A stretch of 64,000 nt of DNA, from NCBI RefSeq assembly GCF_006345805.1, contig NC_043018.1, forward strand, positions 744,001-808,000, in the 5' to 3' direction. A program made the position numbers and the translations under genes. This document shows positions 27,205 through 41,118 of the stretch, piece by piece (within the stretch, counting starts at the first letter, position 1; each line of letters begins with the position of its first letter). Below the pieces are notes generated by a model. It saw only the letters and a list, made by a program, of their open reading frames with translations, did no database searches and had not been told where the DNA came from. The DNA comes from Octopus sinensis (taxonomy: Eukaryota).

Positions 27205-27500
27205 TTATATACGGCATAAATTTTGTGAGTACACTTACGACATTCCTGTTTTCATGGCCAGTTTACTCCACTGCCTTGAATTTGCGCTCCTTAACCGTGG
27301 GTGGGGTCCTAAATGCACCAGCTTTTTTTACTGCGCTTCTCTTATACTTGGAGGATGAATTCTTTGGCATTTATATTCAGTCCTTTCTGACATTGACAGA
27401 ATGTACATATACGAAGATGGAGAATTGCTCCTTATATTTTTTCTATATCATGATGTCTCTCATAGTTTCCACAGCAATGATCTTGTGTCTATATCACCTC
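27205..27500 (-). pseudogene. Possible decayed pogo/Tigger-type transposase N-terminus
   Basis: The minus-strand translation ...EQFSI..VNVRKD..MPK...KKAGAFRTP..VKERK...ENRNVVS loosely resembles the pogo DNA-binding region. Support is weak. Confidence 0.25.
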
Positions 27501-28260
27501 TTATTAATACATATTATAAAATGGAGTGCATTTTGCAAAGTGTCTGTTTATACTTTCACACACATTTTACTGTTGTGTAATAGAAAGATTTCGGTATTTG
27601 TAGCAAGCAAAATGGCCGCAGAATCACTCCGGCTATGTTGGAATAACCGGTGTTTGTTACTAGAGGAAGTGTTTTATATTGTATTACTAATTAATTATTA
27701 TATCTAATTTCAGCGTAATTCATTACCATAAATTTTGTTTATTTGACTAATTGTTATTACTAAATAACAGATGCATTAAACGGATAATTTAATATGATAG
27801 CAGAACTTTAACAAGCGTCCTTGGTTAGTTTATTGGTTTCTTTGCTAACCATTTCAAACTTTGTCCTTAACCGACTTGCTTAAATATCCATGGCTCAGTT
27901 CAACTGACTGTAATCGATTAAAAATCATCGCAATTTTTGTTTTAATTTTCCTGAACCTAATCACAGGGCCTTGGGAATGTTATTTACGCCATTTCTGTTA
28001 TTTGATTAAAACAATAATCCAAGCTTTCAAACAAATTTCGTTATCAGATGATATGTAAATGATTTGATTTCTACTGCAGCCAATCATGAGTATTTCTTCC
28101 ACATTTCCCTCCTTCTGGTTTCAATGACTCTTACACATATGAACCACTCTCTACTTTTGGAAGACCTCTAAGCCATCGACATTCCAGCTGCTTTAGTCGT
28201 ACGCCCCCAAATCTAGGAGGACCTTCATATGTAATGAAATTCCCCCTTATATTTTAACTA

Positions 28261-28493
28261 AAAGGCGGCGAGCTGGCAGACACGTTAGCATGCCGGGCGA
28301 AATGCGTAGCCGTATTTCGTCTGCTGTTACTTTCTGAGTTCAAATTCCGCCGAGGTCGACTTTGCCTTTCATCCTTTCGGGGTCGATAAATTAAGTACCA
28401 GTTACGCATGGGGTCGATATAATCGACTTAATCCGTTTGTCTGTTCTTGTTTATCCCCTCTGTGTTTAGCCCCTTGTGGGCAGTAAAGAAGTA
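28261..28493 (+). mobile_element. Family M SINE, full length, with TSD
   Basis: It has the GGCGGCGAGCTGGCAGA head and the B box GTTCAAATTCC. The TSD TATATTTTAACTAAAA is at 28248-28263 and 28494-28509. Confidence 0.93.
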
Positions 28494-28919
28494 TATATTT
28501 TAACTAAAAAGTTTGGAAAAATTATAATTTTACTGAAATGAAAAAAAAAATTAATTTGTTTTTCTTATTCCTCTCTCTTCAATAAAGCGCTGAATGAAAT
28601 GGGTTGCATTCTAGAACAATCCGACAATGTTAGATAAGTAATATAATTGTGAAATACTATTATTTGTAATTGCTTTAAAAGTGGATTTACATATTGAGTG
28701 GTCCTAGTTATTTTCAATATTGTTTTTATACCAAGAACACTCTGAAGATCAGACTTACATTCCGACTCACAATACATAGTATAGAGCTAATTTTATCTGC
28801 ATTTATATTACAATTAGATGCACATTATATAAGCGATAAAAATGTTTCCTCTCCACAGCACCAGTAACAGTTTCTATTTAAATATTTGTGGTCTGCACTT
28901 CTGTTTTAGCCGATTTAAA

Positions 28920-29480
28920 TATCAAGTATTTGATAACATACTGGCTCGTATCCGGAATTCCCGACAATGTGACAGAAAGTAGTTGATGGTGATCTCAAAC
29001 AAACATAGATGGTTGTTATGCTCATTGAAAGACATTTCCGGCGTGGAATCGCTGTGTCAGAAGAAAGCTTGGTATGTATGTCAGAGAGACAGAACGAAGA
29101 GTAAACGTTACCAAAAGAGTCAGAAATGGTAGTCCACTCGTGGTATGAAAAGTGTCCGTTCAATCTTTCATGAGTTTGTTCACTTTTGTGGACGGTATAG
29201 TCTAACGTTATATAAAGTTTACGTTCAACCTCCATACACCAGGATGATATCCAACAGAGATACGTCAGTTTCTTCAAATGTCAGAAATGAATTTGATTTG
29301 GCTCGACATAACTATCGTTGCCAATGGGCATTTTCCTTCTCATGAATGTTCTAAATAATGTGCAATCGTCATCGTCTCCGTCATGTTTATCATTGTGCCT
29401 TGTTACTTTTTTTTATAAGTCACTGATCGCCTCTGGCTGATGAGACATATGTTTGACGGCAAACAACTTCCACTTTATCA
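28920..29480 (-). pseudogene. Possible decayed mariner transposase C-terminal remnant
   Basis: Minus-strand pieces ...FMRRKMP..., ...LDY..HK..ERLNGHF... echo the mariner motifs LRRKRP and DYxLFxxLKxxLxGxxF. Very degenerate. Confidence 0.25.
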
Positions 29481-31671
29481 GATTTGTTTAAATATTACAT
29501 ACACTGGATTTTGAACCAGTTTACGAAAATATCACCTCTGTTTGTTCGTGAAAATTTATGAGATAGACAAAGTCATATCTAAGTACACACGCACTCGGAA
29601 AGAGATCCAGACACATACAAAGGGAAAAGGAAATGAATGGAATGTGTACATAATGTAAATTTGATAGCTTAATATATTCAAAGGAGAGTGCAGTGTAGCA
29701 TAAAAGGTAAATTGATTCTGAGGCTATTCGTAACTGCATCTGAAATGTTTCGTTTATGTACTTCAGTTAATAAAACACTGCTATTGATAATAAAGCCCCT
29801 GAAGATGCCAGTACGTAGCCAGGGACACAAGTAGATTTTGCTATTCTTCATTTGATTTCAGTTTCAATATATACAAACAAAGTATACGCCGTGCAAATTG
29901 AAATTCATCTTATCGATAACCGATTATATTACTTAATATTTGTCATAGATTAAGTGTTAAAATTTAGGGACGCAAGGAGACGCAGATATGATTGATTCAA
30001 AAGAATATTATTCAAATCTCAGTTAACTATCTTAATATTCTGATTTCAAATTCGACTTTAATCGACTCAAAACTGCTGTAAAATTTCAACAAAACCTTTC
30101 GATATAATTCTCTGCACCTTCCCTCCAAAATTTCTGGTCATGTGTCGCGGCTTCATGATTGTATTGTAGAATGTTGGGCGTTATAATTTTATACTTCTGA
30201 TTAACGTAAAACTAAGCAGAAGTTGTCTAACCAAAACCGATTCTAAACTGGACTGCATATCTAATGTTTGCTTAGACTTAATTTACTCTACAAAAGCGTT
30301 CGGGTAAGGTACAAAGTCGAGTGTTTCAGTTTTCGCGTTCATTCAGAGATTACAAAGGTTAATAATATCAGGTAAGATTCTATTGTATAGAAGTGTTTCT
30401 TACGTGTTCAAGCATAATTGTGATGCCATTGCTCAGCATATTTTCTTCTCTGTACTTTTTAGTGTATCACCTTAAAAGAAATCAGATTTAGAACATATAA
30501 AGTAAAATCATTCAAATCACACTCAACAACATTCAGTGAAACTTGGGGATTGGGAATTTGGAAATAACAATAATAACGTAAGTAAAAATTAGGTTCAGAA
30601 GTTATGCAGTTAGCAATCTTTCAAGCGCTCTTCAATTAATTTATGATTGATATTCTAAGCAATTTTGTGTTGTTTTTGAGAGGACTCCTGTTTCAATACA
30701 AAAGTTAATTCTTTCAAATAAATGGTTAACATTTATTCTTTAACATTCTTACTGAGACAGTTGCCTATACTGTAATTTCTTCTAGTAGCATTTAATTCAT
30801 AAGAAGCCATTTTAGTGATGCTAAATAACTCCAATTGCAAATGTGCATTAAAATCGATATTATATCCGACGAAATTAAGTTATCCAACTTCGTTAAAATC
30901 ACGTCAGTAAATCTAAAGTTCAACAACATTTTAATCCACGTTTACTGAATATATTAGGTAATCATGAAATATTTCGCTAATTTCCATTTCATTATAAATC
31001 GTAAGTTAAGGACATATCTCATCAGGCTAAAAGTTGCCAATGAAATGGCTGCCTACTTACAAAGTCACAAACTTCACTGTATTAGATGCATGCCCGCTCA
31101 TACCATGGCATCTTCCAAGACCTGTTACAAGTAAAACTGTCCGTATTGGCTTCCATATTAATGGCTGAAGAAATTTTACAATTAAACGATAACATTTTGT
31201 AAGTTACAGTAAATCATAATCAATTTAATTAACCCAAGGCATTGTGACTTATAAGAATGGATGGCGGACGTGAAGAGCAAAGAAAGAGAAGATGGTGGCG
31301 GTTTGTTTCAAGATTTATTGGAGATCCATAGGCCTCCAGTCCATTTCCTGCTTAGGGCGTATAGAGCCTTCGAAACAAGCGAAACGCCTCCTCGGAAAAC
31401 AAACATATGTTTGTGGGAGAAAGACATTGATCGGAGAAATTAGTAGAGTGCGACCGACATACAAGATCAGGCTTGATGATTCTACATTGGGTGGCTCCGA
31501 TGAAATTTAAGTTTGTATGAATCTAAGAACCAGTGACTACAAGAGACTACATTAATAATATCTCCAAGTACTACATATGTATATGTCTGTAATACGTACA
31601 CACAGAGACACACACACTCACACACACATAGAGCAAACACCCATATATGCATAAATATTCAAATATCTACA

Positions 31672-31724
<53 letters not shown>

Positions 31725-31800
31725 TAATATATATATATATATATAATATATATATATATATGTAAATATATATATATATATATTTACATATATATATAAG

Positions 31801-31835
<35 letters not shown>

Positions 31836-32715
31836 CTTACATACGTACGTATATGTAAGAGTATATATACTTATACTGTATAAACATTTACGTGTGTATA
31901 CACACACACACACACACATATATATATATGTATGCATGTGTATGTGTATACGCATACATATGTATGTATATATGTGTATATGTATATATTTGGCTGTGGA
32001 TGTGTGTATGTATATGTATGTACGTGTGCGTGTATGTGTATGGGACATACCAATGTTTGTGCTTATGTGCTCGACTATGTCAAGTGTCTCTAGAGATTCC
32101 ATTTATCATAACAAACCTATGTTATATGGTCCGTGTATATTGCAAATACGCTGTAACTACCTAAAACTATGCCGTACTATAAAGACATATTGATCAGTTA
32201 ATCTCATATAACACTTGAATAGTCCTGGAGAAATTCCGTAACATCTATCAGTTTTCGAAGCAAAACAGAGAGGACAAATATGGGCGTGAACAGAATATAC
32301 ATTTAGCCTATTTATTTTTATACAAGAGCGAATATATACAATAAACCCATAATCTGTGATAAACAATTAGAATTATAACTTTCATTTGGAACATTCTCAT
32401 ATCGTTTAGTTTTAAATATGATATTAGAGAAGAATGAGTATGAAAGACAGGAATTGAAAGAGGAAAATGAAAATCGACAAAATCTCTACAATTATTGGAC
32501 AATGAATCCGACAACATCTAAAACTGAAAGAATATTTGTTCTTCTGTAGTATATTGCACAATTTTTCCTCGAGTGAGACTACAGTTTCATGTATGTTGAA
32601 CCTAACCTATTTCAATAAAATATTTGCAGATCTCGCTTTTAACTTAAAATAAGCAGCTCCCAGGCTAGCGGAAAATATTTGATGTTCAAACGTATTTATC
32701 CAATATAGGCATACG

Positions 32716-32772
<57 letters not shown>

Positions 32773-32812
32773 CACAATATATATGTGTATAGATATACAT
32801 GTACATAAATAC

Positions 32813-32850
<38 letters not shown>

Positions 32851-33142
32851 TATATATATATATATATATATGCAGCACACGCACACACATATATATGTAT
32901 ATACACACACTCACAAAGATATATGTGTATATGTATGTGTGCGTACCTGTGTAATTGATGGAAACCCATTCCCACAAAGCCAAGTCACACGCACATACAT
33001 GCATTTACTCAGATACATACATTTACACACATAAATACGTACACACATGTATATATATATATATATATATACTCACATACATAAACTTATAAATATATAT
33101 ATGTATGTATGTATATATACATATATAAATATATACACATAC

Positions 33143-33208
<66 letters not shown>

Positions 33209-33619
33209 GCTTATACACATACACACAGGCGTATATAAACACAGACACACTATATTCTAGTACCGCTTTATTGTAGAAATTTCAAAAGAAAGCATTATTC
33301 ATCTAGTCAGTGTAAGAAATTTGTCGAAATTTCTAAGTAGATAATTATATCTTTTAATATATAGACCGGATGTATTAGATAGATTATGTGCATTCCTTTT
33401 GTGTGAACGACCTGTATTCTTTGACCACATCAAAGATCCAAACTATTGAAATAGATCATCATATTAACGAGTTGTAGAATCTAACATTTCTCTTTCACGC
33501 TTCTTCTTTCCTCTTTGAACTCAATCTACAACTTCCTCGCTTCACAGTCTTTGAATTATTACTCGTCTGTAAGTATATATAATATACTAGTATATATACA
33601 TATACATACATATATATAT

Positions 33620-33675
<56 letters not shown>

Positions 33676-33809
33676 GCTTATCTATATATATACATATATA
33701 TATTAGTATATGTATCTACATATATCTATACATATGTATATATATAAACACATATATATATATATATATATATAATATATATATATATTATATATATATA
33801 CATATGTAT

Positions 33810-33842
<33 letters not shown>

Positions 33843-33881
33843 TAAATATAAATATATATATATACATATGTAGATATATAA

Positions 33882-33912
<31 letters not shown>

Positions 33913-33914
33913 TG

Positions 33915-34011
<97 letters not shown>

Positions 34012-34279
34012 TAGACGGCAGGTGATAAAGACATTAGTATTAGACAGTCAATAAATGGTCATTGTTTCGTTCTTTCACTTCCGTCCAGTCCATCTCTGAG
34101 TTCCTTTCCTTCTTTGCTTCTGAACGTAGACATAAGTTTCCACTTTTTTCTTTCCTTTTTCTTCATTCTTTCAACCGTTCTGTTTCTTATTTTTGATATT
34201 CTTGCCTAAATTCCTCTTCTTCATTTTAGTACGAATAACAGCATATTTATCTTGCGTTTTGTAATTGTTGTTCTCATCG

Positions 34280-34333
<54 letters not shown>

Positions 34334-34621
34334 TCGTCACCCTTATCACCATCGTCTTCATTAATGTCGTTGTCTTCATCGTCAAGTTAGTACATGCTGA
34401 TTAAATTAGCAGGTATGTCATCTGAAAATATGGTCACAAGTCTCATATCATCTTCATCTTCATCATCATCGTCATCATCATTATCATCATCGTCCATCAA
34501 CATCATCATCATCATCATCCCCATCATCATCATCATCATCAGCATAACCACCACCACCACCACCATCATGATCATCGTTATCACCATCATCATCATCGAC
34601 ATCATCATAATCATCATGATC

Positions 34622-34656
<35 letters not shown>

Positions 34657-34806
34657 ATTCTTTTCTTCATTTTTATTGTACATTTATACTTGTTAGATTT
34701 CTCAATTTCACTCGCTCCATCGAGTCGAATTCTGTACCAAACCGACAACAACCTGTTGTTAAGGGTCTCACAGGGTCTTCTTCCGCGATACTTAACATCC
34801 ATATAC

Positions 34807-35212
34807 TCTCTTTTTTACTCTTTTACTTGTTTCAGTCATTTGACTGCGGCCATGCTGGGGCACCGCCTTTAGTCGAGCAAATTGACCCCGAGACTTATTC
34901 TTTGTAAGCCCAGTACTTATTCTATCGGTCTCTTTTGCCGAACCGCTAAGTGACGGGGACGTAAACACACCAGCATCGGTTGTCAAGCAATGCTAGAGGG
35001 ACAAACACAGACACACAAACACATACATACATATATATATACATATATAGGACAGGCTTCTTTCAGTTTCCGTCTACCAAATCCACTCACAAGGCATTGG
35101 TCGGCCCGAGGCTATAGCAGAAGACACTTGCCCAAGATGACACGCAGTGGGACTGAACCCGGAACCATGTGGTTGGTAGGCAAGCTACTTACCACACAGC
35201 AACTCCTGCGCC
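34807..35212 (-). mobile_element. Family A SINE, full length
   Basis: It is close to the copy at 511-931 and is flanked by CCATATAC on both sides. Confidence 0.93.
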
Positions 35213-35444
35213 ATATACAAGTTTTTTAAACATAATTGCTGCCCCCATTATAGCAGTTTTCTGAGCTTATCAATTACATATCATTTCCAGTTTCTCCAAG
35301 AACTTTCTCTAATATGCATGTATGTTAACCCTCTCAGTACCCCTAAATTAATGGAATAACAGCTAAGTTCCTCATGACCATGTTGAATTTATTTGTGTTT
35401 CTTTATTTTTTCAGTTCTTCATCATCTACTCATACACCCAGAGG

Positions 35445-35657
35445 TCAGAATCGTTTGCACGTCGGGCGAAATGCTTAGCGGTATTTCGGCTGCCGTTACG
35501 TTGTGAGTTCAAATTCCGCCGAGGTCGACTTTGCCTTTCATCCTTTCGGGGTCGATAAATTAAGTACCAGTTACGCACTGGGGTCGATATAATCGACTTA
35601 ATACCTATGTTTGTCCCCTCTATGTTTAGCCCCTTGTGGGTAATAAAGAAATAGGTA
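35445..35657 (+). mobile_element. Family M SINE, slightly 5'-truncated
   Basis: It matches the copies at 1476-1694 and 28261. Confidence 0.9.
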
Positions 35658-36027
35658 TGGAAACATCGATGATCTCTGCTTCTTTCGCGCAAGGATACCA
35701 TTCCCTCAACTTCAACTCTTAACTCTCTAATTTAATAAAGTGAATTCATTTTTCCTCTCTCGCGTTTCATCTTCCTCTCGCTCAGCAAAACACTTCACTA
35801 ATTGTAATCGCACTTGTATTTATTTATTAAGGTAAACACCTAGAGTAAACCAACCCTTTCTTCCCACGCCATCCACACACTCATTTTGAATCAGTTGTAT
35901 GAATAAAGTAAACAACATCATACAGTAAGACATTCCGCATTTGCACTCAGTAAGAACGCACGAATGCTTGTGAATGGTCCGTGCTGAAATCATTAAATTT
36001 GACTTCAAAAATAACTAAAATAAAATT

Positions 36028-36090
36028 GCGGTGCCCCAGCGTGGCCACAGCTCGTGAGCAGAAACTAGATAAAAATAAAATAAAATAAGA
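36028..36090 (+). mobile_element. 3'-terminal fragment of a family A-related SINE
   Basis: gcggtgccccagcgtggccacag...gaaactagataaaaataaaa resembles the family A tail. Confidence 0.55.
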
Positions 36091-37049
36091 AAATTACAAA
36101 GCTATACTGAAACTATGAAAAACGAAAAGATAAAAAGAACATGAATGTTATTTCAAAAACAAGTAGGAAATATCTATCTAGTTGATTGGTGTGATTAACG
36201 AACACCTTCCTGAAAATTCCCGGCAGTGTGCATCTGCAGGGAATGATAAATATCATTATTGTTATCATTATCATTATCATTATCAATATCGCGGTGGGAC
36301 ACAAGCGTTAAGGCATCGGATAATTATTCTCCATACTCATTCTGAGGACTGATTTTTGCATTCTAAGGCGGTCGATCTTGCATTCATTATTTTCATGATT
36401 TCAAAAATAAATATCTGCTGAAAACTGGTGTTTGCGGTGTATACTTTTCCCACTCGGAATATTTGCTGACGACCTGGTGCTAATATTATTAATATTATTA
36501 GATTTTCTTCTTTCAATTTTGTTTCCATTTCTTTCTGAGTCTTTTCTCGACACCTAGGGCAAATACACTCTCTATACACATTGGTAGGATATTAAAATAA
36601 AGACAGCAGATTGTTCATTTCCATAGTCAAATAATGATACAAAAAAAGAAAAAAAGGTATCACAGTGGAAATGTATACCCTGCGCGCAGATAATTTTTTT
36701 CGCCAGTTGTAGTATGGCTTACAACGCTTTGCTTACCCATGCTTTTAAAATTCAACACAATTATTATTTTCATTTTCAGTATCACCTTTGTAGGTATTCA
36801 TATTGCGGTAAAATTAAGAAATCAACTCGTAAATAAACGAAACCCTCGAATCCTTCACAATACGCACACGCGCACACATGCACACACACATGCACGCACA
36901 CACAGAGTCGCATATGTATGTATGCCCCTATACGTGTCTACGCGGATAGTTACACTATCATCTATACACACGCAGACGAGGGTAGATTCATATGAAAAAG
37001 CAAGTGAACAAAATAATATGAACACTAGCTTATCGGGAAGTTTGTAAGT

Positions 37050-37200
37050 TCGATTAAAATTTTTTGTCATCATTTTGAGCCACTCACCCGATAAATATTT
37101 CTGTCAAATTTTGTGAAAATCCTTTTCGCCGATTTCCAGTTCTTATGCAAATAGACAAACAGATAACAGCGAATGGTTACATTACCCTGTTTTTGCTTAT
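37050..37200 (+). mobile_element. Non-autonomous Helitron/HINE-like internal remnant
   Basis: tgtcaaattttgtgaaaatcc...gatttccagtt...agacaaacaga resembles the recalled motif 'ccaaatttcatcaaaatcc...acagaca' of such elements. Confidence 0.35.
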
Positions 37201-37629
37201 GCTCGCTAGGTAGAAAGGGGGAAAAAAAGAAAAAAGAAACCATTATTATTATTATTGTTACCATTATTATTATATTTAGTATTATGATAATCATTTTTGT
37301 CGTTACCGTCGTCAATAGAAATGACACACCTTTCGAATAATAAGTAACGTGATATTCTAGTTTATAAAAATCTACTTCTAATGTATCTTCTGTGTTCTGG
37401 ATTTGTAACATTGTTATTGTTTTCCGAGAAGTTACCTGTTCCATATAAACAAGATCAAACATAACGGATACCCAAAATCCCATCTAACCACTTCTGTTTT
37501 TAACAGAACTTGTAGCTGTGACACCAGCAAAAGATAACAGAAACAACGCGGAAAACCGCAACAGTAACGAACAATGACAGCGATATTGATGAATTGTATG
37601 TCACATTATTACTGCCACAATTGTCATCA

Positions 37630-37892
37630 ATGAGATTTTCAACGCAAGGGTGGAAAAACAAGGTTTATGATGGTGACAAAGAAGGGAATCCGAAAGTGCA
37701 TGGTGATAGTGAACAATCAAATTCTTCATCAGGTGTCATCATCTAATTTCCTTGGATCATTGATCACGGAAGACACAAGATGTGTTGTGAAAATGAAAAG
37801 ACGAATAGTGGTTGCAAATCCTGTAATCTCAAAATCATATAGTATCCTCAGAAACCGTACTTTGAGTATTAAGTCCAGGATCCGTATATTAA
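37630..37892 (+). pseudogene. RTE-clade LINE reverse-transcriptase C-terminal fragment
   Basis: The ORF MMVTKKGIRKCMVIVNNQILHQVSSSNFLGSLITEDTRCVVKMKRRIVVA...ILRNRTLSIKSRIRILK matches the RTE pattern QVxxFxYLGSxITxDxRCxxEIKRRIxxA. A SINE interrupts it. Confidence 0.8.
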
Positions 37893-37900
37893 AAAAAAAA

Positions 37901-38127
37901 TTTTTTTTACTACCCACAAGGGGCTAAACACAGAGGGGACAAACAAGAACAGACAAAGGGATTAAGTCGATTACATCGACCCCAGTGTGTAACTGGTACT
38001 TAATTTATCGACCCCAAGAGGATGAAAGGCAAAGTCGACCTCGGCGGAATTTGAACTCGAAAACGTAACGACAGACGAAATACGGCTACGCATTTCGTAC
38101 GGCGTGCTAACGTTTCTGCCAGCTCGC
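37901..38127 (-). mobile_element. Family M SINE abutting the RTE fragment
   Basis: It is a reverse-complement match to 28261-28493. Confidence 0.92.
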
Positions 38128-38802
38128 AATACTGATTCATGACAGACGAAAAACTTTATGTCAAAATATAGGGGATCTGTAACCATAATTACACTTCAAT
38201 TAAGAACCGTATATTGAACTGTTATGTCTAAATTGAGTCAATTTATGGAAATGAGGCGTGATCTATAAAATCAGAAATGAGAAACGCTTAAGAAGCTGTG
38301 TGGGTAACTAGAGGATAATTCAGCCGGCGTCTGCGACAGTGGCAATGGATCTCTACGTAGTTGTGGGTACTCAGCTTGGAACATACAGAATGAAATTCTC
38401 TCAAACTGCATACTACAACCGTTAGGAGAATATAGGACGTATTAAATATTATATTCTTTAGTATTATTACAAGACTGTTTCACAGAAATTCTCTGTCAAG
38501 ACTGATCTGAGGTTATAAAAACAACAACACAATCAACAATTATTTCAGTATTTATCATCGCGCGGACATTTTTCTGCCGATTTATTGCGCTAATTAGGAA
38601 TCATTTAGGCAATATTCTGATGTGTGCTATTTCAACTTCCATAAATGAAGAGTCAGATGATATACGATATGAGACCCCTTGAGACCCGAGAGATGAGAAA
38701 TATAATGAAATAAACAACGCAATACTGATTCATGACAGACGAAAAACTCTATGTCCACATATAGGGGATCTGTAACCATAATTACACTTCAATTAAGAAC
38801 CG
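38125..38802 (+). repeat. 85-bp direct repeat (38125-38209 and 38718-38802)
   Basis: CGCAATACTGATTCATGACAGACGAAAAACT...CAATTAAGAACCG occurs twice, 593 bp apart, with about 3 differences. Confidence 0.9.
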
Positions 38803-39439
38803 ATTTCTTAAAAGTGGCAGCTTTGCTATACAGTTCGTGACAAGTCTATGTTTCGTAACTCCCTCTCAATCTAATTCAAACTTTTAATTAAAATTTGAAC
38901 TGACCTATATGTCTGCAAGACATGTTAATTAAATTTATATACGTTTTTCTTTGACCTCTTCAATAGGTTACCCCCTGCTACATTTCTCAGGAGGTAACGA
39001 ACTTTTGTAACAGATGTATATTGCAGCTTGTTAATTAGTGAAACATCAAGATAAGAACGCGATGAATTGCTATAAATATTTCTGCAAATACAACTAGTGA
39101 AAAATGTACACACACGTTCTGGGCTCTAATTCAAATTGGTTTTAAATTTGGCAATGAATGTACTGAATATTTCCGAAAATACACTGAGGTTTGCTTAAGA
39201 AACTTTTGTCTAAATTGTTAAGTCTAGAAATTACATTTAAAACACACAGCATTTGCACGAGATCAAACTAAAATTTGGTAGCAAAGACTACTATAATTGT
39301 AATGATCTGGCAATCCGTAGAGAAGTCGTAAGCTGTATTTTCATAAGGAATTATGTCATGAATGCATACAGGTATGATGGTACACGCGCATACTCATACA
39401 ATTATATAAATAAAAATACACACACACGCACACAGAAAC

Positions 39440-39562
39440 ACTAGCAGAGCATCCCGGCGTTGCCTGGATGTTATGATCTACACCCACGTCATATTATTTG
39501 TTTCTTTCTTATGGGTAGAATCGGCATACGGAGAGTGTAAGCTAACGTCTCTTCTTTATAAA
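39440..39562 (-). mobile_element. Helitron-type 3' terminus (hairpin plus CTAG|T) of a non-autonomous element
   Basis: The minus strand reads CATCC-AGGC-AAC-GCC-GGGATG (hairpin), then CTCTG-CTAG-T, ending at 39440. The other boundary is uncertain. Confidence 0.6.
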
Positions 39563-40479
39563 CATGTTTTATGACCATTTTGTGATGAACAATGCTGAAA
39601 TTGTCGAAACGAAAATTGACTTTGTCTATTGCATAGACGTCGTGGTCATCCTTGAATCAATTCTCATACATGTTTATGAATGTATATATATGTATGGTCA
39701 CATGTTATTAAGCACGCAGAAACAGGATAGTATATGCGTATCTGTATTAGTTTTTCTTCCAAAATATTTACGTGTGAATTTGTTAAGGGGGTAGTATACA
39801 TCTTGTGGTTTCGGTGCCATACTTTATTTAATAAATCAAATTTCATAATTCCGGTAATAAACAGATCGAAAGTCAAGAGAGGCACAACAATTTATTATCA
39901 TTAATCTCTCAATAAATGCTATGATAATTACTAATTATATAAACATATTATGTTTGATATGAGATTGCGCTTGCGCGCTTTCCTGTGCTCCCTATGACGA
40001 ACTGGATTCATCTCTTCCATCCTTGAATCAGTTTTAATTTATAATGTTATTGATATGCATTAAATTTGTCCCTATCTCCTTTATTCTCATTGATATTTAA
40101 TCACATGCCATCTCTGATTTTCTAACTCCATCATACGGATTCTCGACTATATCACCTCATCCACTACTCAGGCCCTTGGTCATGTATTTAAGCGGGTATT
40201 TTGATTTTATCTCTCACAGGAGCAGAAATCCCTTGCAGGCTACTTCTTCAGTATTACTGACTTAATTGAAACTAGTCTTGGAGTTGTATCTGCTACGCAA
40301 ATTAATGGTGAAATTAGTTCTAGCAGATAGGTTTTTAAAAAAAATAATTAAGTAATGATAACAATGATAATTAAAAGTATATATCATATTCCAAAGACAG
40401 ATAATTTAAACATCAAAACTGGATATTAATTTTATATTAAATTGGGTATTATTCCGGATATAGGTTACAGAATAAGAAA

Positions 40480-40720
40480 TGTTCCAAGCGTTAGCGATAT
40501 TGGAAGGCCCTAGGGGGACGAGCTGCATGCTGGACAAAACACTTCATAGCATTCCATGCGTCTTAACGTTCTGAATCGAAGCGCTGCACAGTTTGCTGTT
40601 TATACTTTCGGAGCGGATAACCTAACGACCCGTCGAGCCCTGGGGTCAACCTAATCCACACAGCTTATCGCTTAATACTGGTGGCCTTACGCCAAAATTT
40701 GAAACTATAGTTAGAAAACC
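40480..40720 (+). mobile_element. Highly degenerate family M SINE
   Basis: The blocks ctggacaaaa, acgttctga, tttcggagcggataa, ctggggtcaacctaatc and gtggcctt are present in order. Confidence 0.5.
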
Positions 40721-40892
40721 TGAGTGATACGGCGTAATTTTTTAGGGAAGAGCATGAAATTTCATTCAAAATTCCTCCCAGACAGACACGCAACATAAAA
40801 CAACAATAATACATTAAAGTCAGATAAAATGCTTGATAGTACATAGATTTACATTCATACATATATATAGCCACTGGCTATATATATGTATA

Positions 40893-40956
40893 CAGTATAC
40901 CTCGGTTTTCAAACAACTCCGATCACGACTAAATCGTGATTTTTATGTATGTGTAT

Positions 40957-41045
<89 letters not shown>

Positions 41046-41118
41046 ATGATTGATATAGATATATATAAAGCACGATTTATTTGTGATTAGAGTTCTTCGA
41101 AAACCGAGGTGCTACTTG
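40893..41118. mobile_element. pogo/Tigger-type MITE with ~45-bp imperfect TIRs, TA flanks and an internal (AT)n
   Basis: The left end is CAGTATACCTCGGTTTTCAAACAACTCCGATCACGACTAAATCGTG and the right end is CACGATTTATTTGTGATTAGAGTTCTTCGAAAACCGAGGTGCTACTTG. TA lies on both sides. Confidence 0.75.

Noticed and set aside
29795-29835. CCCTGAAGATGCC, resembling a hammerhead 5' half
   Set aside because: No GAAA or stem III follows.
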